32,000 bases of DNA from Candidatus Hadarchaeales archaeon (GTDB lineage Archaea; Hadarchaeota; Hadarchaeia; Hadarchaeales; Hadarchaeaceae), in NCBI GenBank assembly GCA_038823825.1, contig JAWBCC010000001.1, positions 431,421 to 463,420 of the forward strand, written 5' to 3'. The notes beneath the pieces are model-generated. The model had not been told where the DNA came from. It ran no database searches and saw nothing but the letters and a program-made list of their open reading frames with translations. Made by a program: the position numbers and the translations under genes. This document shows positions 8,252 to 16,371 of this stretch, piece after piece (the stretch's first letter is position 1; the number at the start of each line of letters is the position of its first letter).

Positions 8252-9253
8252 TTATTTCAATGCCATTATAAAGTCCTGCTCTTTAACCTCGTCAAGCTCA
8301 TATGAAGCCTTTTCTCCTAGGATTATCGAGAGTTCAGATGATGTCAACACGGGGAAGTCGAAAAGTTCCCAATCGTCAATCGGTATTCTCGGACAGGCGA
8401 CAATGACCGCTGCATCTGGGTCAAAATCCGCCAGAGAGTCTGACGAAATTTTATCCACAATCAACAAAGTGGCTTTTCGTTCATTTCTGAGTAACTTTTC
8501 ATAAATTTTTTCCGCTAATGCGAATCGAAATTGCCCTGGTTTCGTGGAAACCACAACACACCATTTCCGAGCATCACGAGCACGCATGATGTATGCCATT
8601 CTCTTACGAAGGAACTCTTCTCCACTAATTTCCTCGACCTCAAATGTATGAGGGTTCACACATATAACTGGGCTATTAGAGATTATCGATGCGCCGAGTG
8701 GATGAAATCTGCCAGTTCCGAGATAAAGAAGACGGTCAGGATTGAGAACCGAACGAACACTTTGAAGATCACAGCCAAGAATTTGACCATCATACTTCGT
8801 CCTCCAGCCGTGTTGTCCGATCATGGGAATTCCACCCAGTCTTCGAATGATTGCCGCAAGATCGGAAAGGTAGTCGATATATTGGACCGTCGTGAAGATA
8901 GCAACCTTTTTTCCACAAATATCTCCGATTATTTTTTCCAAGGGTTCTAAATCCAAGTTTTTTACCCTAGCTTCCACGTAAAGAACCGGGATCTCTGTCC
9001 TCAGACCCATGTCTGAATGTCCATAGTGAACTAGAGCGGAGCAACCAGCTTGACACGCCTGCTTATCTGCAAGGTCGCAAGATCCGAAACAGCTATCAAA
9101 AACAATTGGTTTTATTCCTTCTCTGTAATAGACCTCCAGAATCTCGTCGCAATATCTCTTTAAACCAGCAGGAAGTTGAATCCCAACACTTTTGTTCTTG
9201 TATTGTCGGATGAACTTCACGACTTTTTCTTCTTCGAAATCAAATAACATCAT
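8252..9253 (-). CDS. dph2: diphthamide synthesis protein Dph2 (2-(3-amino-3-carboxypropyl)histidine synthase)
   Basis: 333 aa with three spaced Cys motifs (FGSCDL, ILGCDL, VACPRIP), one per domain as in archaeal Dph2. Conserved linkage with csl4. Confidence 0.88.
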   Translation of the reverse strand: MMLFDFEEEKVVKFIRQYKNKSVGIQLPAGLKRYCDEILEVYYREGIKPIVFDSCFGSCDLADKQACQAGCSALVHYGHSDMGLRTEIPVLYVEARVKNLDLEPLEKIIGDICGKKVAIFTTVQYIDYLSDLAAIIRRLGGIPMIGQHGWRTKYDGQILGCDLQSVRSVLNPDRLLYLGTGRFHPLGASIISNSPVICVNPHTFEVEEISGEEFLRKRMAYIMRARDARKWCVVVSTKPGQFRFALAEKIYEKLLRNERKATLLIVDKISSDSLADFDPDAAVIVACPRIPIDDWELFDFPVLTSSELSIILGEKASYELDEVKEQDFIMALK

Positions 9254-9414
9254 TTAAAGATTAATCTCGGACAACAATTAATAAGGATGTAATAGACGAG
9301 AATCTCTGCGTTCAATGTGCCCTCTGCACGTTCTCGAAATATTCGAGTATCCGAAGCTAGTTGGAGGATGCTATAAAGCTTATCCAGGGAAAGAAAACTA
9401 AGCGTACAATGATG

Positions 9415-10386
9415 TCACAATAGACGACTGGAGATCTGTTTCAAAACAGCTGGTTTATTTCTTCCGATTGGAGAACCAACAACCACTGTTGTTATTCCGA
9501 GCTTTCTTAGAGCTTCGATTCTTTCTTCCAAAACCTTTAGCGGTCCTGTAACACTGAACGCTTCGATCATCTCAGGGGTTACCTCCTCGCGGGCTTTTTC
9601 TATACTTCCAGCCAAAATTCTTCTCCTAACTTTCTCGACATCTTTCTCGTTTATTCCGTGTCTCTCCAAAGAACTTTTTGGAGCAGATGATGCGATGAAT
9701 GAGACAACTCCTCTGACCAACTTTCTAGCTACCTCTGGATCATCGTCTATGGATACGGCCATATAGGCCACAAAGTCAAAATTCTTTTTCTTGACTCTCA
9801 TCCCATCTCTAACGAAACTTAACGATTCGCGTATATCTTCTGGATGTGAAGCATTTATCAACACACCATCTCCCAAGCGCCCGGCAAGTTTGAGCATTTT
9901 CTCCCTTCTACCACCAACGTAAATTGGAATATGACCTCCCGGATCGAATCGCAACCTTGCTCCCTGACACTTGAAAATTTCCCCATTGAAAAATATGGTA
10001 CGGCCGGAAAGCAGACCTCTAATGATTTTGATTGCTTCTTCCACGGCTCTCACCGGTTTCTCTTGCTTTAATCCCACTGTTTGGAGGAATAACGGGTCTC
10101 CAGCGGATATTCCAAGTATGGCTCTGCCTGCAGAGATCTCATTTAACGTCGCTATCGCCGTTGCTGTGATCGCTGGGTGCGCAGTATAAGGATTCGTGAC
10201 ACCTGGCCCAAGAGAAATCTTTGACGTGCTAAGAGCCAACCTCGTCAAAACTGTGTGGACATAGCGATTATGGTAGTGGTCACATATCCAAATCTGGCTA
10301 AAACGAAGGCGTTCGACAAGTTTTGCAAGAGAAACCATTTTGTCTATTTCTATGTATGGAACAAACTCAACCCCCAGCCGCATCAC
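9415..10386 (-). CDS. mer: F420-dependent methylene-H4MPT reductase (Mer)-like, luciferase-like oxidoreductase
   Basis: 323-aa TIM-barrel LLM family. LGPGVTNPYTAHPAITATAIATLNEISAGRAILGI, INASHP, EAFSVTGP and GSPIG resemble Mer as I recall it. The exact substrate cannot be told from sequence alone. Confidence 0.7.
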   Translation of the reverse strand: MMRLGVEFVPYIEIDKMVSLAKLVERLRFSQIWICDHYHNRYVHTVLTRLALSTSKISLGPGVTNPYTAHPAITATAIATLNEISAGRAILGISAGDPLFLQTVGLKQEKPVRAVEEAIKIIRGLLSGRTIFFNGEIFKCQGARLRFDPGGHIPIYVGGRREKMLKLAGRLGDGVLINASHPEDIRESLSFVRDGMRVKKKNFDFVAYMAVSIDDDPEVARKLVRGVVSFIASSAPKSSLERHGINEKDVEKVRRRILAGSIEKAREEVTPEMIEAFSVTGPLKVLEERIEALRKLGITTVVVGSPIGRNKPAVLKQISSRLL

Positions 10387-10402
10387 TTTTCTTTAATCTC
10401 TG

Positions 10403-10415
10403 ATATAATAAAATA
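10403..10415. promoter_or_regulatory. shared AT-rich TATA-like element for divergent mer and cofE
   Basis: ATATAATAAAATA is centred near 10409, which is 23-26 nt from the mer ATGs (10386/10383) and 25 nt from the cofE ATG at 10434. This geometry fits leaderless archaeal transcripts in both directions. Confidence 0.45.
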
Positions 10416-10421
10416 CAATGT

Positions 10422-11177
10422 GTGGGGATTGAAATGGAATTTCTACCACTTCGAAATTTCCCAATTGTAAAACCCGGAGACAACCTCCCCAAGCTCATCG
10501 TAGAAACCGTGGGAAAAAACAATGTTTCGCTTGAGGAGGGAGACATAATCGTTGTATGTCAGAGCATAGTTTCTAAGAGCGAAGGAAGAATCGTTAACCT
10601 AGAGAAAGTTAAACCAAGTCGATTGAGTGTGGCATTAGCAAAGAAGCTCGGAAAAGATCCTAGAGAAGTTGAGGTAATTTTATCTGAATCTTCTGAAATC
10701 ATCAAGATTGCACACGTCATAATTTCCCGAACGAAACATGGCTTTGTCTGTGCCAATGCCGGAGTTGATCGATCAAATGCTCCACCAAACTGCGTGACGC
10801 TTCTGCCGGAAAATCCAGACGAGTCTGCGAAAAAAATACGTGATTTCATAAGGAAAAAACTCGGCGTTAATGTCGGAGTAATAATCACGGATACGCAGGG
10901 GAGAGCTTTTAGACTCGGATGCGTAGGCGTCGCCATTGGCGTTGCTGGCGTTAAGGTGTTAGATGACCTCAGAGGAAAAAAAGACATTTATGGTAAAAAA
11001 CTTGTTTCAACAATCACGAGCCCTGCAGACGCAATAGCTGCAGCCGCTGTGTTGATGATGGGTGAAGCCGATGAGAAAACCCCCGTCGTAATAGTTCGCA
11101 ATGCCCCACAATCTGTGTTCGGAGAGAGCAAATGCATCGAGCTTGTGAGACCAAAAGAGAAGGATCTTTTTGTATAA
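10422..11177 (+). CDS. cofE: F420-0:gamma-glutamyl ligase CofE
   Basis: 251 aa. The segments PIVKPGDNL...GDIIVVCQSIVSKSEGRIV, VCANAGVD and ITDTQGRAFR are CofE-like. The track start at 10422 is GTG; ATG 10434 (MEFLPL...) is more likely given the TATA spacing. Confidence 0.88.
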   Translation: MGIEMEFLPLRNFPIVKPGDNLPKLIVETVGKNNVSLEEGDIIVVCQSIVSKSEGRIVNLEKVKPSRLSVALAKKLGKDPREVEVILSESSEIIKIAHVIISRTKHGFVCANAGVDRSNAPPNCVTLLPENPDESAKKIRDFIRKKLGVNVGVIITDTQGRAFRLGCVGVAIGVAGVKVLDDLRGKKDIYGKKLVSTITSPADAIAAAAVLMMGEADEKTPVVIVRNAPQSVFGESKCIELVRPKEKDLFV

Positions 11178-11187
11178 GGTGTGATGG

Positions 11188-12123
11188 ATGATAACCGTTC
11201 TTTCCGGGGGAACCGGAACGCCAAAACTCATTCAAGGTTTAACCAAAATTGTAGATCAACGTAATCTGAGGATAATAGTGAACACAGCCGAAGATACTGA
11301 GATTTCTGGATTGTATGTTTCACCAGATATTGATACGGTTGTTTACACTCTGGCCGGAATTGTCAACGAAGAAACATGGTATGGGATATCTGGAGACACA
11401 TTTAGCTGCTATGAAATGTTGAAAGTTTTGGGAGAAAAAGAGTTGTTGAGAATCGGTGATAAAGATAGAGCTGTCAAACTTTACCGAACCTTAAAAATGC
11501 GGGAAGGATGGAGTCTATCAAGAATAACCGGAGAAATCTGCAGAACTCTTGGAGTTAAGGCAATAGTTTTGCCTATGAGTGATGATCGCGTTAGAACAGT
11601 CATTCACACGGAGGAGGGCGATTTGAGTTTCCACGAGTTCTGGGTCGCGAGAAGAGCAAATGTAAACGTAAAAAATGTAACTTTTGAGAATTTGGAAAAT
11701 GCTCGACCCGCGCCTGGAGTTCTGGAGGCCATTGATGAAAGTTCGCTAGTGATCATCGGACCTAGCAATCCGGTGACCAGTATCGGACCTATCATCGGAG
11801 TTCGAGAAATAGGAAAGAAATTGATGAAGAATAGAGAGAAGGTAGTGGCCGTTAGTCCCATCATAGGTAATGCTCCAGTCAGTGGCCCCGCAGGGATCTT
11901 GATGAAAGCCTTAAAATATGAAGTAAACCCAGTTGGTGTTGCAAAGATTTACAGACAATTTATAAAGACTATTTTTGTGGATAAAAGTGATCATTATCTC
12001 GCTCCTGAAATTGAGCGGCTCGGCATTTCTGTGGAGAGTGCCGACCTCTTTCTACCCGATATTGAATCCAGAGAGAGACTCGCAAGAAAAATTTTGGAAT
12101 ATCTAAACGAACGATCATCCTAA
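11188..12123 (+). CDS. cofD: 2-phospho-L-lactate transferase CofD
   Basis: 311 aa. It has the N-terminal VLSGGTGTPKLIQGL motif and IIGPSNPVTSIGPI, typical of CofD, and lies 10 nt after cofE. Confidence 0.9.
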   Translation: MITVLSGGTGTPKLIQGLTKIVDQRNLRIIVNTAEDTEISGLYVSPDIDTVVYTLAGIVNEETWYGISGDTFSCYEMLKVLGEKELLRIGDKDRAVKLYRTLKMREGWSLSRITGEICRTLGVKAIVLPMSDDRVRTVIHTEEGDLSFHEFWVARRANVNVKNVTFENLENARPAPGVLEAIDESSLVIIGPSNPVTSIGPIIGVREIGKKLMKNREKVVAVSPIIGNAPVSGPAGILMKALKYEVNPVGVAKIYRQFIKTIFVDKSDHYLAPEIERLGISVESADLFLPDIESRERLARKILEYLNERSS

Positions 12124-12169
12124 CCTACTGAAAGTTATTTATGGTCGTAGAGAGTATATTGGTGGAGTA

Positions 12170-12991
12170 GTGCAGAAAGTTGCTGATCTTCACATTCATA
12201 CTATTGCCTCTGATGGTAGCTACAGACCTGAAGAAGCTGTAAAAATCGCCAAGAAAATGAAGATTTCTGCGATAGCGATCTGCGATCACGATTCTGTGGA
12301 CGGAATTGAACCGGCATTAGAAGCTGGAAAACTTTATCGGGTTAAGGTCATACCGGCTGTCGAGATGTGTTATGAAGAAGGTCCAACTGGAGCTCACATC
12401 GTTGGTTATTTTATTGATTGGCGAAATGCCACTTTGAAAGAAGCGTTACGCGAAATTCAGCAGGGGCGATTCAGAAGAATAAGAGATATTGTTGATAGAT
12501 TATCCGAAATCGGAATCGAAATAACACTCGCAGACGTTTTGGCAGAAGCGGCAGAAGGAAGTGTGCTAACGAGACCTCATGTGGCAAGAGCCATGGTTAA
12601 GCGCGGATACGTGAAATCTGAATCAGAGGCATTTGAAAAATATTTGATCTATGGACGCCCGGCCTATGTCAACCGTTACCAACTCCCCCTTGGAGAAATC
12701 ATGCGGTTGATAAGGAATTCCGGAGGAGTTCCCGTGCTTGCTCATCCAAAATATCAGGACGCCATAAAGTTTGTACCTTACCTTGTAGAACTTGGTCTCA
12801 AAGGGATCGAAGTTTACCACCCAGATCACACACCAAAAGAAGTAGCAAGATTCAAGAAAATTGCCAAAAAATACGGATTGATCGAGATAGGCGGTTCTGA
12901 TGCTCACGGGGCTGAAAGACCCATAGGAACCGTAACAGTTCCGTACGAAATTGTAGAAAGATTGGAGAAAGCCAGACCTGAGATGATTTAA
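12170..12991 (+). CDS. PHP-domain metal-dependent phosphoesterase (COG0613/TrpH-YciV-like)
   Basis: It has DLHIHTIASDGS at the N-terminus, later AICDHD, AHP and GSDAHG metal-ligand motifs, and is 273 aa long. GTG start preceded by GGTGGAG. Confidence 0.85.
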   Translation: MQKVADLHIHTIASDGSYRPEEAVKIAKKMKISAIAICDHDSVDGIEPALEAGKLYRVKVIPAVEMCYEEGPTGAHIVGYFIDWRNATLKEALREIQQGRFRRIRDIVDRLSEIGIEITLADVLAEAAEGSVLTRPHVARAMVKRGYVKSESEAFEKYLIYGRPAYVNRYQLPLGEIMRLIRNSGGVPVLAHPKYQDAIKFVPYLVELGLKGIEVYHPDHTPKEVARFKKIAKKYGLIEIGGSDAHGAERPIGTVTVPYEIVERLEKARPEMI

Positions 12992-12996
12992 AGGAG

Positions 12997-14301
12997 TCAA
13001 ACTGGTTTCATTTTGCCCCACTTTTCGAGAGCTTTTTTCAATTCGATGTGTTTTTCTGCCTGCTCTTCTAGCGGAATGTTCTGTTTGTATGCTTCTATGG
13101 CCTGTATCACCGCCATTGCCCCTGCGCGAACTCCCATCGGATGTCCAAATGTTCCTCCTCCAACCTGAACGACGATATCCGTGGTTCCATAGAGATTGAA
13201 AATCTCCGGCAAGATTCCAGGATGAAGCCCGCCGGACGCCACTGGAAGCATTGGCTTTATCTTCCCCCATGACTGCGAAAGTCGGAAGCCTGGTATCTCA
13301 TTCACCTCACGCTTTACGATTGCGTCCCTGATGGCTAAGACTTCTTCCCTCTCTCCAGCGAGTTTTCCGATAACCGTGCCGATGTGGAGCTGATCCACGC
13401 CTGCTAAACGCATGAGTTTCGCCAGAACCAGCATCGACATCCCGTGCTTGGGATTGCGCGTAAACATTGCATGCATCGCCCTATGTCCGTGAATTGCCAT
13501 GCGATAATCACGCGCGAGTTCGGTGGCTGTCTGCACCGCCGTGAATCCACTCACAACAACATCGATCATAAAATATCGGAAACCATTGTCGTGAACAAGT
13601 TTTATCCTTCTTTCTAGTTCCCAAAGGTCTGGAGCCGTCACATTAATGAATGCGTCCTTCACCTCACCCGTTTCTCTTTCCGCTCTATCTCTCTGCTTCG
13701 CTAGAAGAGTCACGCGTTTCTCGAATCTGTTGAATCTTTGACTTGTCAAATTTTCGTCGTCCTTCACACAGTCGATCCCGCCAACCCAAAGTTCATAAGC
13801 CATTTTGGCGTGTTCCGACGCGCTGAAGCCAACCTTTGGTTTCGGAACCACGGCGGTTATCGGACCAGACTCTCGCCTGAATATCTTTTTTATAGCATCA
13901 ATGCCATAAAGTGGACCGCTGAAATCTTTCAGATATTCGCTTGGAAATTGTATGTCGATCAATCTTAGATTTTTGAGAGCCTTCATACCATAGATGTTGC
14001 CACCAACTGCACTCATCAGCCCTGCGATTGATCCGTGCTCAAAGCTGTCCATTGGATAAGCGATTTTGACAAGGTTCTCCCTATACCAGAAGGCAACGGC
14101 TTTGGGTAGACTTTTTGGAAGGACTGTTAACGTTGTCCAAGTTCCGCAGGAGCTCTCTGAGGCGATTCTTCCGATAGCCTCCTCTGCCGATATCCCATTT
14201 GCCGGTTCATAATAGAAAAGCGCCACTACGTCGCTTGATTTGGGTTTATATTTCTTATCAACAAACTCTAGATACCATTCGACCTTCATCTCATCATCCA
14301 C
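12997..14301 (-). CDS. rbcL: ribulose-1,5-bisphosphate carboxylase large subunit, form III-type
   Basis: 434 aa with the catalytic motifs intact: ESSCGTWTT, GNIYGMK..LRLIDIQFP, PKPKVGFS, GGIDCVKDDEN (carbamyl-Lys/Asp/Glu), HGHRAMHA, HIGTVIGKLAGE, SGGLHPG and VGGGTFGHP. No small-subunit gene is adjacent. GTG at 14301; alternative ATG at 14289. Confidence 0.93.
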   Translation of the reverse strand: MDDEMKVEWYLEFVDKKYKPKSSDVVALFYYEPANGISAEEAIGRIASESSCGTWTTLTVLPKSLPKAVAFWYRENLVKIAYPMDSFEHGSIAGLMSAVGGNIYGMKALKNLRLIDIQFPSEYLKDFSGPLYGIDAIKKIFRRESGPITAVVPKPKVGFSASEHAKMAYELWVGGIDCVKDDENLTSQRFNRFEKRVTLLAKQRDRAERETGEVKDAFINVTAPDLWELERRIKLVHDNGFRYFMIDVVVSGFTAVQTATELARDYRMAIHGHRAMHAMFTRNPKHGMSMLVLAKLMRLAGVDQLHIGTVIGKLAGEREEVLAIRDAIVKREVNEIPGFRLSQSWGKIKPMLPVASGGLHPGILPEIFNLYGTTDIVVQVGGGTFGHPMGVRAGAMAVIQAIEAYKQNIPLEEQAEKHIELKKALEKWGKMKPV

Positions 14302-14318
14302 TACTTTACTGTTTTTTC

Positions 14319-14327
14319 ATATATTAA
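14319..14327 (-). promoter_or_regulatory. TATA-like box upstream of rbcL
   Basis: The minus strand reads TTAATATAT in the 45-nt gap between the cbf5 stop and the rbcL start. Its spacing suggests a very short or absent 5' leader. Confidence 0.4.
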
Positions 14328-14346
14328 GCCAACAAACACCGTTGTC

Positions 14347-15333
14347 TCACTTTTTCCATTCCCTTGGATATGTTCCTGGTTGCATTACCACCCTTTCCGG
14401 CTTAGCTACTATTCCATATTCCGCTTCAAGGATCTGCTCAGTATTCATGACCGCCCTCGCAAGTTCAACTAATTCTCCTTTTAACGTCATTATGGCTACA
14501 AGAGAGCCGATAGCTATATCTGAATCAACAGCAACTACGCCAGGAGCCGCTAAGCTTGCACCATGACACAAAGCATCGACAGCACCATCTCTTACCACTA
14601 TTTTTGGAAGATGTTCGACAGCAGTTTCAACTGGCAGTATTACTTTTCTCAGCTCCTCTTCGTCTCCATTTTCTTTCCAAAATGCATAAGCATCAGCAAG
14701 GTCCTGCAGCTTCACAGAATTTTCTTCCTTAAAAGGTCCAGTTTTTGTTCTCCTCAGCTCCTGCATATGTGCACCACATCCAAGGGCTTCTCCGATATCA
14801 TGGCAGAGTTTCCTCATGTATGTTCCGGCTTCGCAACCAACCTTCATCAGAACATTTTTGCCCTCAATTTCTATCGGTTCGATGTAGTAGATCTGCCTTT
14901 TTCTAATTCTTCTTTTCACGGCTGCTCTTACGGGAGGCCTCTGAAAGATTTCTCCGGTGAACTCTTTGAGAACTTCCAGAAGTCTGTCCTCTGGAACATC
15001 TTTGTGAAGAACCATCAAACAAACATACTCTTTACCCGCTGGTTGTAATGCCATAATTACTTTCGTTGCATCTTCGATCGCGATCGGAAGAACTCCGCTG
15101 ACTCCCGGATCAAGTGTACCACCGTGGCCCGTCTTCTTGACATTCAGAATTTCTTTGACCCAAGCTGAGACTTCGTGAGAAGTTGGTCCGCGTGGCTTGT
15201 CTAGGTTTATAATACCTAGTCTGATAAGCTCTGAAATAGGTCTTCTGTCTGGCCTACAACCATATTTCGGATCAGACACGTCCTGAAACTTGAAGAAAGT
15301 TTGTCTCTTTACCTCTGAAGGCAAGACACCCAA
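14347..15333 (-). CDS. cbf5: H/ACA RNP pseudouridine synthase Cbf5 (TruB family)
   Basis: 328 aa with GIINLDKPRGPTSHEV, the catalytic GHGGTLDPGVSG motif and a C-terminal PUA-like region. Confidence 0.93.
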   Translation of the reverse strand: MGVLPSEVKRQTFFKFQDVSDPKYGCRPDRRPISELIRLGIINLDKPRGPTSHEVSAWVKEILNVKKTGHGGTLDPGVSGVLPIAIEDATKVIMALQPAGKEYVCLMVLHKDVPEDRLLEVLKEFTGEIFQRPPVRAAVKRRIRKRQIYYIEPIEIEGKNVLMKVGCEAGTYMRKLCHDIGEALGCGAHMQELRRTKTGPFKEENSVKLQDLADAYAFWKENGDEEELRKVILPVETAVEHLPKIVVRDGAVDALCHGASLAAPGVVAVDSDIAIGSLVAIMTLKGELVELARAVMNTEQILEAEYGIVAKPERVVMQPGTYPREWKK

Positions 15334-15339
15334 AAAATT

Positions 15340-15570
15340 TCACCTTATGCCGAGATCATTGAGTTTTTTCAAAATTTCCTCGTCGGGTGTATTCTTATTT
15401 ATGTCTATTTTTTTATCCGTTGGTTCCAGATGTGCAATGTTACAACGTCTCTTTCTGACTCTTGGACCGATGACCACAACGAAGTTCCTATCAAGCACGT
15501 CCACTATCACGCATTTTTCGCCGGCCTCCCTACCCGCGATTTTCACGCAAACCCTTCCGATTTCCATCAT
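15340..15570 (-). CDS. rpl14e: 50S ribosomal protein L14e
   Basis: 76 aa. IGRVCVKIAGREAGEKCVIVDVLD is the KOW-like L14e pattern, in the conserved cmk-L14e-cbf5 order. Confidence 0.88.
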   Translation of the reverse strand: MMEIGRVCVKIAGREAGEKCVIVDVLDRNFVVVIGPRVRKRRCNIAHLEPTDKKIDINKNTPDEEILKKLNDLGIR

Positions 15571-16111
15571 TTACCTTCCTCCCAAAGAGTATTGCGCGCG
15601 TAACTGTCCATATTATCTCCTTCATCTTCTCGATAGATATTTTCTCGGTGTTTAATACGATATCGTAAGGGGAGTAGTCCGACAGATCAATTCCATAGAA
15701 TTTTTTGAATCTTTTTTCCTCGCTCTTTTCGCGCTTCACTGTCTCCCTCAGCACGTCCTTATAAAGTCTTCCTTCTCTCTCGGCGATTCTCTTTACCCTC
15801 GTCTCAAGCGGAGCCGTCAGAAGTATCTTTAAATCTGCGTTTTCCACGAGCCATCCAGCAAGCCTTGCGTCCACCAACACGTTGCCTTTCTTAGCCTCCT
15901 CGATCGTCCTCCTGTCTATTTCCTCATCGATCTTCTTGTTTCTTTCCGCATACTTAGAAAAATCTTCAAGTGACATGCCCTTCTCTGCAGCCATTTTTCT
16001 GAATATCTCGCCGGCTGATATATATCGCAGACCCAGCTTTTTCGCGAGAAATTTAGCCACTGTGGTCTTGCCTGCACCGTGGGGTCCACTTACGGCTACA
16101 ACCACCATCAA
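15530..16111 (-). CDS. cmk: cytidylate kinase, archaeal type
   Basis: It has the P-loop VAVSGPHGAGKTTVAKFLAKKLGL and is 193 aa. It sits between L34e and L14e, as in other archaea. Confidence 0.88.
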   Translation of the reverse strand: MMVVVAVSGPHGAGKTTVAKFLAKKLGLRYISAGEIFRKMAAEKGMSLEDFSKYAERNKKIDEEIDRRTIEEAKKGNVLVDARLAGWLVENADLKILLTAPLETRVKRIAEREGRLYKDVLRETVKREKSEEKRFKKFYGIDLSDYSPYDIVLNTEKISIEKMKEIIWTVTRAILFGRKVNDGNRKGLRENRG

Positions 16112-16113
16112 AA

Positions 16114-16371
16114 TCAGACCCTTGCCAGCTCCTTGATTATCCTTCTAGAACATGACGGACAGAGATTTCCTCCGTAAGGCCTGTTTGGTCTCCTAGAACT
16201 TCTGGGAATTTTTGAAAGTTCTGATGGTCTAACCCGAGGAACCCCGGCAAGAATGGCTCCACACATGCCACATCTGGCAGGTTTTGCGGCCACTTTGCCT
16301 ATGTGAACCTTCGATTTGCCCCCAGGAGTTTTCACAAACCGCTTAGGTGCTCTTCTCTCGCTTTTTTTCAT
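16114..16371 (-). CDS. rpl34e: 50S ribosomal protein L34e
   Basis: 85 aa and basic, with a CGMCG...CPSC zinc-ribbon layout typical of L34e. Confidence 0.9.
   Translation of the reverse strand: MKKSERRAPKRFVKTPGGKSKVHIGKVAAKPARCGMCGAILAGVPRVRPSELSKIPRSSRRPNRPYGGNLCPSCSRRIIKELARV

Noticed and set aside
10559-11235. Cluster of minus-strand ORFs (142, 78, 74 and 73 aa) antisense to cofE/cofD
   Set aside because: They overlap one another in three frames opposite well-supported cofE/cofD and carry no motifs. They are shadow ORFs.
12623-13270. 215-aa minus-strand ORF bridging the PHP and rbcL 3' ends
   Set aside because: It is out of frame with rbcL and antisense to the PHP gene, with an Arg/Gly/Ser-rich nonsense translation. 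Both overlapped genes have strong motif support.
12997-14301. RuBisCO-like protein (form IV, non-carboxylating) instead of true RuBisCO
   Set aside because: All the active-site motifs I can check by eye are present (KPK, the carbamylated Lys in KDDE, HRAMH, the GK loop-6 Lys, and the SGG and GGG phosphate-binding motifs). RLPs usually lose several of them.
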